Part shown: positions 9,174 through 18,257 of the stretch, piece by piece
How the letters are laid out: each line of letters begins with the position of its first letter
Numbering within the stretch: position 1 is the first letter of the stretch
NCBI GenBank assembly: GCA_964614945.1
Contig: CAZTNW010000002.1
Location: 43,959-107,958 of the forward strand
Length of the DNA stretch: 64,000 nucleotides
From: an uncultured bacterium
GTDB taxonomy: Bacteria > Caldisericota > JANLFM01
Direction: 5' to 3'
Notes under the pieces: model-generated
What the model saw: the letters and a program-made list of their open reading frames with translations, nothing else
The model's database searches: none
What the model was told of the DNA's origin: nothing
Program-made: the position numbers and the translations under genes

Positions 9174-10793
9174 ATGAAGAACAATAGGCCAAATCAGATA
9201 CGCGTAGGCTTTGACGTAGGTGGAACCTTCACGGATGGTGTGCTGGTCGCCGGCACAGAGGTTCTTGCCAAGACCAAGAGCCTCACCACGGGAGATGTAA
9301 CATCCGGCATCGTCGCGGCCTTAGACCAGCTCTTAGAGGTATCAAAAGTGGACAAGGGGTCAATTGAGATGGTCTCCCTGGGAACCACTCATACCACTAA
9401 TGCCATTATCGAGCGCCGCAATCTGAACAAGGTAGGCGTCTTCCGGCTCGGGGCGCCAGCCACTACGGCGATCCCTCCTCTCACCGGCTGGCCTCAGGAG
9501 CTGGTCGATGCCATCGGTGGGTATCATAACGTCTTTATCATCCGCGGCGGGTCGGAGTATGACGGGAGAGACATCGTTGCCTTGGATGAGCGGTCGATAG
9601 TCGAAGCCTGTCACAAAATAAGGGGGAAAGTGGATGCAGTTGCCATCACTGGCGTCTTCTCCCCTATCATAAACGATCACGAGGATCGGGCGGCAAAAAT
9701 CGTCAAAGAAGAACTGGGCCCGAATGTCCATATTACCCTTTCCAATCGCATCGCCTCAATTTCCATCCTGGAAAGGGAGAACTCCACGATCCTGAACGCA
9801 TCGGTCATCAATGTCATGCGCCAGGCGGTGAGCTCCCTGAAAAAAGCAGTCACCGACAGGGGGATCAAAGCTCGTCTCTTCATCGTGCAGAACGACGGCA
9901 GCGTGATGTCCGCTGATTACGCAGTCGACTACCCTATCTTCACCATGGCCTCAGGCCCTGCTGCCAGCGTGCGCGGCGCTGTATATCTCTCCGGGATCGA
10001 GAACGGGGTAGTGGTGGATATCGGGGGTACTTCCACCGATGTGGGTTACATCGTTAAGGGCTTCCCGCGAGAATCCTCGATCACGGTGAATATCGGAGGA
10101 GTAAAAACCAATATCCGCTGTCCGGACCTCCTTTCTATCGCCTTAGGCGGAGGAACAATAGTAAAGCAAAAAGAGGGCAAGGTTACCGCCCTGGGGCCAG
10201 AGAGTGTTGGATACAACCTTGTGCGCCTAAGCAGAGCTTTTGGCGGACCTCTGCTGACGGTCCATGACATCGCTGTCGCCACCGGGAGGCTCAAGGAAAA
10301 GTTGGAGGTTTTCGACACCAACTACATGGTGGACAGCAAAAAGATTCAGGAGCTGAAGCCCGAGACCGTGCAATCAGCCGATGCCCTGATTAAAGAGACT
10401 CTGGAGGCAGCAATCGATAAGATGAAGACTGCGGCGGATGCCGTTCCAGCTATTTTCGTCGGGGGCGGAGCTATGGTTGTTCCCAACAAAGATCTGCACG
10501 GGATCAGCAAAGTCTTCCTACCCAAACATTTCGAGGTGGGCGGGGCGATCGGTACTACCATCGCGGAGATCGGCGCTTACGCTGAAGGGGTTTTCGACCT
10601 AGAAAAGGAGGATCGGGACGAATCTATTGCTCGTACAATCGAGCAGGCCAAGGACAACGCCAGTCTCTCCGGAGCAATCCGTTCGACCATAGAGGTCATC
10701 GACATCGAGGAAATCCCCTTCACCTACATGCCGGGCAAACGAGAGAAGGTCCGCGCCAGGGTCAAGGGAAAGATCTTTGAGGGAGCGAAATAA
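9174..10793 (+). CDS. Hydantoinase A / 5-oxoprolinase family protein (ATP-binding subunit)
   Basis: GFDVGGTFTD, GTTHTTNAI, SGPAASVRG, VDIGGTSTDVG; ATG 9174 follows AAGGAG. Confidence 0.9.
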   Translation: MKNNRPNQIRVGFDVGGTFTDGVLVAGTEVLAKTKSLTTGDVTSGIVAALDQLLEVSKVDKGSIEMVSLGTTHTTNAIIERRNLNKVGVFRLGAPATTAIPPLTGWPQELVDAIGGYHNVFIIRGGSEYDGRDIVALDERSIVEACHKIRGKVDAVAITGVFSPIINDHEDRAAKIVKEELGPNVHITLSNRIASISILERENSTILNASVINVMRQAVSSLKKAVTDRGIKARLFIVQNDGSVMSADYAVDYPIFTMASGPAASVRGAVYLSGIENGVVVDIGGTSTDVGYIVKGFPRESSITVNIGGVKTNIRCPDLLSIALGGGTIVKQKEGKVTALGPESVGYNLVRLSRAFGGPLLTVHDIAVATGRLKEKLEVFDTNYMVDSKKIQELKPETVQSADALIKETLEAAIDKMKTAADAVPAIFVGGGAMVVPNKDLHGISKVFLPKHFEVGGAIGTTIAEIGAYAEGVFDLEKEDRDESIARTIEQAKDNASLSGAIRSTIEVIDIEEIPFTYMPGKREKVRARVKGKIFEGAK

Positions 10794-11965
10794 TGTCAGT
10801 CTGGGACGTCATCAATGAATGGAAATTAGAGAAAACGGACTTTCAGGTCATCGATCATCAGGCCATCAAAGAGATCACGCTCGGCGCCTCCATTCTAGCC
10901 ACAGGGGGAGGAGGAGATCCGGAGATTGGCCTCCTCTGGACTTACAAGGTCCTGGATGAGCGAAAACCAATCGTGATGGTGGATCCAATGAAAATCCCGG
11001 ATGACGTGCTCGTATCGAGCATGGCTTGCCTGGGAGCAGCTTTAGTGCTCACGGAGAAACCTCCCAACGAGAATGTCCTGAATAAAGCAATCGCCAAGTT
11101 GGAGACATATTTGGGCGGTAAACTCCAAGCCACGATCCCCATCGAGTGCGGAGGGGTAAATTCACCCGTCGCCTACGCCGCTGCCGGCGAGCTGGGGATC
11201 CCCGTGATCGACGTGGACGGAATGAACCGAGCCTTTCCCGAACTGCAGATGACTTCCTGGGTCACACATGGAGTCCATGCCTCTCCCACAGTCTCCGCCG
11301 ACGACCGTGGGAATATCACCGTGATCGATACTGGAGACGATGACCTTCTATCCGAGACCATCTGCCGCAGGGTAGCCATGGCCTACGGAGGTATTTCCTG
11401 GATTGCCACCTATCCCATGCGGGGCAAAGAGGTGAAGGAGACCTCCATCCTTTACTCACAGAGTATCGCCTGGGCTGTGGGCAAGGCCGTCTGGGAAGCT
11501 CGTACGAAGCATCTGGATCCCGTGGAACAGGTAATGAAAAGCTTGAAGGAGAAAAGGAAGGTCGAGGGATTCAGCGTCTTCAAGGGCAAAATTGTGGACA
11601 TTCACCGCGAGTTTGGCGGAGAGACCACAAAAGGATTCACCCTGGGCAAGGTAATCATGGAAGGGATCGATGAGCACAGAGGGAGTACCGCCACCCTTGA
11701 TTTCCAGAACGAGTGGCTCAACTTGCTCGTGGATGGCCGTGTTCGCTGCATGCCCCCCGACCTGATCGCCATCCTGGACTCGGAAACGGGGGAACCGATC
11801 CGCACGGACATCATGAAGTACGGCTATCGAGGCACCGTCATTCTCATACCCGCTCACGAAAGGATGAGAACGGAGAAGGGTATTCAGATCTTCGGGCCAC
11901 GTCATTTCGGCTATGACTTAGATTATCAGCCTGTTGAAAAGCTCTGCGCGGATCTGAAAAGATGA
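10793..11965 (+). CDS. DUF917 family protein (S-methyl-thiohydantoin desulfurase-like fold), copy 1
   Basis: GASILATGGGGDP, ECGGVNS, DVDGMNRAFPELQM, FQNEWL, PDLIAILD. Confidence 0.85.
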   Translation: MSVWDVINEWKLEKTDFQVIDHQAIKEITLGASILATGGGGDPEIGLLWTYKVLDERKPIVMVDPMKIPDDVLVSSMACLGAALVLTEKPPNENVLNKAIAKLETYLGGKLQATIPIECGGVNSPVAYAAAGELGIPVIDVDGMNRAFPELQMTSWVTHGVHASPTVSADDRGNITVIDTGDDDLLSETICRRVAMAYGGISWIATYPMRGKEVKETSILYSQSIAWAVGKAVWEARTKHLDPVEQVMKSLKEKRKVEGFSVFKGKIVDIHREFGGETTKGFTLGKVIMEGIDEHRGSTATLDFQNEWLNLLVDGRVRCMPPDLIAILDSETGEPIRTDIMKYGYRGTVILIPAHERMRTEKGIQIFGPRHFGYDLDYQPVEKLCADLKR

Positions 11966-12252
11966 GGAGGGATATGATGGAAGAGATAATCGATAAGTTG
12001 ATACAGGAGAGGGATTGCGGCAAAGTAATCTCCATCGTCCTCGAGAATCCTTATATCGAGAAGGGGGCTTTAGCGGAGCAAGCCTCCATGAAGATAGAAG
12101 CCCTGGAAGGCGTTCTCGAAAAACTCATAGAGGCGATGATCCTGCTGGAGCTGGCCAGCCAGGCTGATTCAAGCATGGAATCGCGCGTGCCCAAGAAGAT
12201 CTACCTCGTGAATCCGGAGATCGAAGAAAAAGCAAGGCAATCGCTTTCATGA
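11962..12252 (+). CDS. Small hypothetical protein, possible winged-helix
   Basis: Overlaps both neighbours by ATGA, consistent with translational coupling. The helix-helix-helix plus beta-hairpin pattern is inferred by eye. Confidence 0.6.
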   Translation: MRRDMMEEIIDKLIQERDCGKVISIVLENPYIEKGALAEQASMKIEALEGVLEKLIEAMILLELASQADSSMESRVPKKIYLVNPEIEEKARQSLS

Positions 12253-13358
12253 CGGAAGAAAAGTCTTTTCCGGATCTCTCCGGCAGGCTGAACCTCTTCT
12301 ATAGTGAGATGGAAAAGCATAACTGCGATGCCGCGTTAATTACGGGCAGGGGGAATTTGCGCTATTTTACTGATTTTCGTCTGAACAGGGTGACCTCTGC
12401 GCTTTTAGCCGTACCTCGAACAGGCCAGTGCGCTTTTTTTGTCGCCCGACTTGACCTGGAGCGGGCCAGGAAGGAGTGCCCGTCCCTGCGCATCGTCCCT
12501 TTTCCCGAGGACACGCTCTCCTATCTCGACGGACTGAGAGGGGTTTTCGACCCCGCTCGAATCAAAACGCTGGCGGTGGACTCTTCCCTGCTCAATAACC
12601 AGGCCCAATTCCTGAAGGAGCTTTTACCCCACACCGGGCTGGTATCGATCGATACTGCCCTGCTCCACCTGAGGGCTGTCAAGGAGAAGGTGGAGGTAGA
12701 GAGGCTGAGGAAGGCCGCAGAAATTGCCGACAAAGCCATGCAGTATGTTCTGGAGCAGGCTGCCGAGGGCAAAAGGGAGCTCGAGCTTGTCGGTCTGGCC
12801 AAAATGATCATCGCCCGACAGGGTGGCGAGGACGAATCCTTCGAGTCCTTCATGATGTCGGGTGAGCGTTCCTGGCTCCCTCAGAGAGTGGCTACGGAAA
12901 AGGAGCTGCGCAAAGGAGAACTCATCATCTTTGACATGGGAGCCATTTTTCGGGGCTATTGCTCCGATATCACGCGCACATTTGCCCTGGGAGATCTCTC
13001 CCCGGAGCAGAAGAAAATTTTCCAGGTTGCTCTGAGGGCGCATGATCGAGCTATTAAGGCCATCCGTCCCGGTGTGGAAGCTCAATACATCGATCGGGTA
13101 GCCAGGTCCTGCATCGAGGAAAGCGGGTATGGTTCCTATTTTCCTCACCTGACAGGGCATGGTCTCGGGGTTGAGATCCACGAGCAACCGATACTGGACA
13201 GAGGTAGTTCCACCAGGCTTGAGGAGGACATGGTGCTGACGGTCGAGCCGGGTATCTATCTTCCCGGGGCAGGAGCAGCCCGGATAGAGGACATGCTGCT
13301 CGTTACTGAAGGGGGAGCAGAATTCCTCACTCACACCCCCCGTGATCTGATAAAGTAA
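12249..13358 (+). CDS. M24B Xaa-Pro peptidase (aminopeptidase P / prolidase family)
   Basis: Metal ligands in DMG, SDITRT, HGLG, HEQP, EPGIY, RIED. Confidence 0.92.
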   Translation: MTEEKSFPDLSGRLNLFYSEMEKHNCDAALITGRGNLRYFTDFRLNRVTSALLAVPRTGQCAFFVARLDLERARKECPSLRIVPFPEDTLSYLDGLRGVFDPARIKTLAVDSSLLNNQAQFLKELLPHTGLVSIDTALLHLRAVKEKVEVERLRKAAEIADKAMQYVLEQAAEGKRELELVGLAKMIIARQGGEDESFESFMMSGERSWLPQRVATEKELRKGELIIFDMGAIFRGYCSDITRTFALGDLSPEQKKIFQVALRAHDRAIKAIRPGVEAQYIDRVARSCIEESGYGSYFPHLTGHGLGVEIHEQPILDRGSSTRLEEDMVLTVEPGIYLPGAGAARIEDMLLVTEGGAEFLTHTPRDLIK

Positions 13359-13371
13359 ATAGGAGAAGCGG

Positions 13372-14517
13372 ATGAGCGTCTATCAAATCTTGCAAAAATG
13401 GGGGGTCAAGGATTTCGAACGCCTTGACATCCAAGCGATTTCCGAAATTACGTTAGGAGCTTCTATTCTGGCTACAGGAGGAGGAGGAGATCCTGAAATC
13501 GGCTTCCTCTGGGCCTGGAATGTCTTGAATGAGGGCAAAGAGATTGTCATGATCAGGGCCGTTGATATGCCTGACGATAGCTTAGCCACCATCGCCGGAT
13601 GTTTGGGAGCGGCTCTGGTTCTCACGGAAAAGCCCCCCAACGGCCGAGAATTGCTCTGGTGCTACGAGAAATTAGCCTCTTACATGGGTCGTCCCGTGGA
13701 GGCCGTCATCCCTCCTGAGGCGGGAGGGGTGAATACCCCAGTGCCCATGGCCGTAGCCGGAGCTGTGGGAATCCCTGTAATTGATGCCGACGGAATGGGA
13801 CGGGCCTTCCCGGAATTGCAGATGACCTCTTTCTACATCAACGGGGTTTCTCCCTCCCCTACCGCTGCCGCCAACGAGAAGGGACATGTCACGATTGTGG
13901 ATGCGGAAGAGGCTTTAATGGCGGAGGCCCTCGTGCGCAATGCCGCCATGGCTTACGGAGGAATCACCTGGATTGCTGGTTACCCGATGACCGGCAAACA
14001 ATTGAAGCAAGCCGCTATACCTGGTTCAATCTCTGTGGCCTGGAAATTAGGTCGGGCTGTCCTGGAGGCCAGGCGGAAACACGCCAACCCCATCCAAAAG
14101 GTGGTGGAGATTACGGGTGGTCAGGCCGCCTTCGAGGGGAAAATTGTGGACATCAATCGTCAGTTTGGCGCTGAAAAAACCAGGGGTTTCTCCCTCGGAC
14201 GCATTAAAATGGAGGGGGTCGACTCATATAGCGGGCAGAAGGCGGAGATAGATTTTCAGAATGAGTGGCTGAACTTCATCCTCAACGGAGAGGTCCTCTG
14301 CCTCCCTCCTGATCTTATCTGCATCCTGGACCCGGTTACCGGGGAACCAATCCGCACGGATATCGTCAAGTATGGATATCGGGGAACAGTGGTTCTTATC
14401 CCGGCTCATCCCCGCATGCGGACCCCCAAGGGAATTCAGACCTTCGGGCCTCGTTACTTCGGATATGATTACGACTACATCCCGGTAGAGAAGCTCTGGC
14501 TGAAAAGAAATGGCTGA
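13372..14517 (+). CDS. DUF917 family protein, copy 2
   Basis: GASILATGGGGDP, EAGGVNT, DADGMGRAFPELQM; paralog of 10793..11965. Confidence 0.85.
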   Translation: MSVYQILQKWGVKDFERLDIQAISEITLGASILATGGGGDPEIGFLWAWNVLNEGKEIVMIRAVDMPDDSLATIAGCLGAALVLTEKPPNGRELLWCYEKLASYMGRPVEAVIPPEAGGVNTPVPMAVAGAVGIPVIDADGMGRAFPELQMTSFYINGVSPSPTAAANEKGHVTIVDAEEALMAEALVRNAAMAYGGITWIAGYPMTGKQLKQAAIPGSISVAWKLGRAVLEARRKHANPIQKVVEITGGQAAFEGKIVDINRQFGAEKTRGFSLGRIKMEGVDSYSGQKAEIDFQNEWLNFILNGEVLCLPPDLICILDPVTGEPIRTDIVKYGYRGTVVLIPAHPRMRTPKGIQTFGPRYFGYDYDYIPVEKLWLKRNG

Positions 14518-15496
14518 TCGAGAATTATTGATTCCCGTGATTGACTCGCATACCGCTGGGGAGCCCACCCGGGTAATCCTCCGCTGTCCCTGGCGAATTC
14601 CCGGCAAGACCATGGAGGAAAAAAGAACCTGGTTCGAACAACACTGCGACTCTTTTCGTCGCCTGGTGCTCTCTGAGCCGCGTGGACACCGCGACATGTT
14701 CGGTGCATTACTCTTAGAGCCGATCCACCCCGAAGCAGACTTCGGGGTGTTCTTCCTGGAAAATGAGTCCACCTTGCGCATGTGCGTACACGGCTCCATG
14801 GGTGTCGCCAGCACGCTCTTCGCCATGGGCTTCCCTGGCCAGGAGATGGCGCTTGATTCGCCATCCGGGCTCATTCATGCAAGGCTCGAGGGAAAACAGG
14901 GTGGGTTCTCCATCGCACTGCGGAACGTCCCCTCCTTTTTCGTCCAGGATCTGGAATTGGATTGGAGGAGCCACCGCCTACACGTGGATATCTCCTGGGG
15001 AGGTAACCTATTCGCTCTTGTCCGCGCTGCTGACCTTTCCATCTCGCTCGAGGAGAAAAATATTCCTCGTCTGATCGAGCTAGGTGCAGCCCTGCGAGAG
15101 GAGGTCAACAAGCGGATGCATTTCACCCACCCCCTTCTCAAAAGTGAAGTCCGCGTGGATCTGGTGGAAATCTACGACGAGGATTGCCGGCCGCCAAAAA
15201 ATATCGTCGTCTTCGGCCGGGGGCAGGTGGATCGTTCTCCCTGCGGGACAGGAACGAGCGCTAAGATCGCCACCCTCTTCGCTAAAGGAAAACTGAGTCA
15301 GGGCGAGGAATACCGCTACAGAAGTATTCTGAACACGGAATTCAGGGCCAGGATTGTCGATAGGGAAAAAGTCGGTCCCTACGAAGCGGTGGTTCCAGAA
15401 ATTCAGGGAGTGGTTCACCTCTCCTCCCATCAGTTCCTCACGCTCGAAGAGGGAGATCCTTTCCCGTCGGGCTTCCAGCTCGGCGGAGATCAATAG
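14510..15496 (+). CDS. Proline racemase family protein, Cys/Cys type (proline racemase or hydroxyproline 2-epimerase)
   Basis: DSHTAGEPTR, EPRGHRDMFGA, MCVHG, DRSPCGTGTSA. Confidence 0.88.
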   Translation: MADRELLIPVIDSHTAGEPTRVILRCPWRIPGKTMEEKRTWFEQHCDSFRRLVLSEPRGHRDMFGALLLEPIHPEADFGVFFLENESTLRMCVHGSMGVASTLFAMGFPGQEMALDSPSGLIHARLEGKQGGFSIALRNVPSFFVQDLELDWRSHRLHVDISWGGNLFALVRAADLSISLEEKNIPRLIELGAALREEVNKRMHFTHPLLKSEVRVDLVEIYDEDCRPPKNIVVFGRGQVDRSPCGTGTSAKIATLFAKGKLSQGEEYRYRSILNTEFRARIVDREKVGPYEAVVPEIQGVVHLSSHQFLTLEEGDPFPSGFQLGGDQ

Positions 15497-16371
15497 CCGG
15501 AAATCTGGTCAATTAAGCCCCTTCTCTTCGCAATGCCCTCCGCACTGCGAAAAACGGCAAAGGAAATCAATACCAGGGCGGCAATGGAAACCACCAGCCA
15601 GAGCAGCAGCTCCCCATTATTAAAGCCGGCCAGAGCCCGACTGAAAGAGGAGCCAAGCAGGGAACGGCGGATGAGTTCCAGCCAATAGGTCAGGGGCAGG
15701 GAGCGGGAAATAACCTGTAGCCATGAGGGGAGCACGTCGATCGGGAAGACAGCCCCGGCCAGCAGATAGAGGACAGCGGCTACAGCCTCGGCAATGGCCC
15801 AGGCGTGCCTAGCCAGGACGAGACAGATCCCGGCCAAGAGAAAGCCCAAGAGCATGATGGCCAATAATCCGAGGAAGAAGGAGAGAAGAAAGAGTCCCAA
15901 GTCGATCTGCGATAGAGAAAGCGCGATTTTCAACGGCCAGATGCCCAGGAGCACGGTGATCAGGACAGAGAATGTGGTGGTCAGGGTCTGGGCCATCCCT
16001 CGTCCCATGAGGAAGACAAATATTTTCAGGGGAGAGATATAGATGTACTTGAGCATCTCGTAGTGTTCCCGGTCGTCGATAATGGCATAGGAAATACCCA
16101 TCATCACTCTGCCCACATACATGAAGAATGCGTTCCCCAGATACATGTGGGCGAAGAATGGGTGGGAAGTAGAGCCCTGTACGACCACAAGATACATGAA
16201 GACGAGGATGAAAGCGGTGGACAGGGGCCTGATCAGCGTGTATATGGCGAAGACAAAGGGGTCAGTCCAGTTGCTCTCGATCAACCAGCCCAGCCGGGTG
16301 GCGTTCTTGAACTGCAGCCAGATACTATGCCAGAAGCCAGGGATTGGTCGAGGGCTAAGCGCTATTGCCAT
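15490..16371 (-). CDS. ABC-2 type exporter permease
   Basis: Six hydrophobic segments, GAVFPIDVLPSWLQ and PLTYWLELIR ABC-2 motifs. Confidence 0.85.
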   Translation of the reverse strand: MAIALSPRPIPGFWHSIWLQFKNATRLGWLIESNWTDPFVFAIYTLIRPLSTAFILVFMYLVVVQGSTSHPFFAHMYLGNAFFMYVGRVMMGISYAIIDDREHYEMLKYIYISPLKIFVFLMGRGMAQTLTTTFSVLITVLLGIWPLKIALSLSQIDLGLFLLSFFLGLLAIMLLGFLLAGICLVLARHAWAIAEAVAAVLYLLAGAVFPIDVLPSWLQVISRSLPLTYWLELIRRSLLGSSFSRALAGFNNGELLLWLVVSIAALVLISFAVFRSAEGIAKRRGLIDQISGY

Positions 16372-17189
16372 CGTAAGGTCAACCTCCCCTCAATGCGAGC
16401 CGCTTTTTCCATTTTGGCCAGGGACTTCCCCGCCAGGTAGAGGAAGATAGGACACAACCCAAGAACAATCAGGGATTCCACAAGAGGAGAGAGAAAACCG
16501 AGGGTGGGGTCTGCCGGCACGATCAGTTGTCTCATGGCATCCAGTCCCAGCGTCAGGGGAAGGATCGAGGCCGCTGCTGCCCCCCAGAAACCGAGGCTCT
16601 TCACCGGAAAATAGAAACCAGAGAAGAGGTAAATCGGCTCCTGCAGCATATTGGAAAGGTTCCAGGCTTCCCGTCCAGACATCAGGAAAAGCGACGCTAG
16701 AAGCATGCCCATACCATAGAGCGCAACCAGGGTAAGGAAGAAGACGAGGAGCACTAGCCAGAGGCTGGCTATCTCGTAAGTGACGTCGAAGATCAGGCTC
16801 CCCATGAGGATCACAGCCGTCGCGCGGATCGTAGTAGAGAAGAGACCACCGACGCCCATTCCCAGAAGAATAGCCATGGGAGAGACAGGGGCCATAATGT
16901 ACAGCTGTAGGTTCGCCGTCTCCTTCTCCCAGTAGAATTGGGAAGCCATGCTCCAGAGCATATTAAGCCAATAAGCGGTCATCGCCCCTCCCAGAACAAC
17001 GTAAGCCACGAAGTACGAAGGAGCCTGCATCGCCTTGTAGATATAGACGTAGGCTGCAAGGCCTATGAGGGGCAAGAGGCTCTCCGTCACTAGCCAAGAC
17101 AGCTCTCGGTTCGCCCCTACCACACGAGGATAGGCCCGGCCTATGATCGCCCGCACGAACAGCTCAATCGGGTTCGGAACTCGTTCCAT
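16362..17189 (-). CDS. ABC-2 type exporter permease
   Basis: Hydrophobic profile, FSGFYFPV, PLTLGLDAMR. Confidence 0.85.
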   Translation of the reverse strand: MERVPNPIELFVRAIIGRAYPRVVGANRELSWLVTESLLPLIGLAAYVYIYKAMQAPSYFVAYVVLGGAMTAYWLNMLWSMASQFYWEKETANLQLYIMAPVSPMAILLGMGVGGLFSTTIRATAVILMGSLIFDVTYEIASLWLVLLVFFLTLVALYGMGMLLASLFLMSGREAWNLSNMLQEPIYLFSGFYFPVKSLGFWGAAAASILPLTLGLDAMRQLIVPADPTLGFLSPLVESLIVLGLCPIFLYLAGKSLAKMEKAARIEGRLTLRWQ

Positions 17190-18174
17190 TCGTCAGACCC
17201 CTTCCCACAAGAGTAATAAAAACGTCCTCCAAGGTCGGCTCCGTCGTGCGCATCGCTACGACGGGAAGCGCTCTCGCGTTGAAATCCGCGATAAGAGAGG
17301 TAATGGCTTCCTCTCCCTCGAGGACGAATTTGATGACCGTCCGGTTCTCCTGAATCGAAGAGACCACCTTAAACCCCTTCAGGCCAGCACTTCCCCGGAT
17401 CCAATCGAAAGAATTATAGGTCCCGTTCAACTCTATCTCGAACAGAGTGCCACCCGAGACTTTCTTCTTCAGGTGGGCAGGTGAATCGCAGGCCAGGATT
17501 TTCCCCTGCTCGATAATCGCCACCCTATCGCAGAGCTCATCGGCCTCGGCCATGTAATGAGTGGTGAGGAGGATGTTGCGCTCGGGATGTTCCTGCATCC
17601 ATCTTTTCACGTAGGATCGGATGTCCCTGGCGGCACCGACATCCAGCCCCAGGGTAGGCTCATCCAGAAAAAGGATCTTCGGGTCTGTGACAAAGCCACG
17701 GCAGAAGTTCATCTTCTGCCGCATTCCCGTCGAAAGCTTGGAAATGCGCGTTCGAGCCTCTGATTTCAATCCTACCACTTCGAGAAGTTCACTGATCCTA
17801 GGCAGAGCAATTTTATAGGGAATGCCGTAGAATTGCGAGAACATCCACAGGGTCTCCTGCACTGTGAGGATGCCGTAGCCGGAGAATTCTCCTCCTGAGA
17901 CCATGTTGATTCGCTGGCGAATGGGGAGGACATCCTTTGTCACATCCAGGCCGTCCACGAGAGCGGTCCCGGAAGTCGGATAGAGCAGGGTGACCAGGAT
18001 TTTGATCAGAGTTGTTTTTCCTGCGCCATTTGGCCCTAGAAGGCCGAAGAGCTCTCCCGGGTCAACCTGCAGGCTCACTCCGTCGAGAGCCCGGACCACT
18101 CTTCCTTCTCCGTTCTTCTTGCCTCGCGAACGAAACTCACGAACTAAATCAATTGTCTCAATCGCTTTATGCAT
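17164..18174 (-). CDS. ABC exporter ATP-binding protein (DrrA-like)
   Basis: GPNGAGKTT, LSTGMRQK, LDEPTLGLD, TTHYMAEADELC, PTLEDVF; ATG 18174 follows AAGGA. Confidence 0.92.
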   Translation of the reverse strand: MHKAIETIDLVREFRSRGKKNGEGRVVRALDGVSLQVDPGELFGLLGPNGAGKTTLIKILVTLLYPTSGTALVDGLDVTKDVLPIRQRINMVSGGEFSGYGILTVQETLWMFSQFYGIPYKIALPRISELLEVVGLKSEARTRISKLSTGMRQKMNFCRGFVTDPKILFLDEPTLGLDVGAARDIRSYVKRWMQEHPERNILLTTHYMAEADELCDRVAIIEQGKILACDSPAHLKKKVSGGTLFEIELNGTYNSFDWIRGSAGLKGFKVVSSIQENRTVIKFVLEGEEAITSLIADFNARALPVVAMRTTEPTLEDVFITLVGRGLTNGTSSEPD

Positions 18175-18257
18175 TCTTTTCCTTCTTTTGGGATAAACCA
18201 ATCAGATTAAATGGGCTTTTAAAGGAGATGAAAGGCCCCCGCAGCAAGATCCAATAA

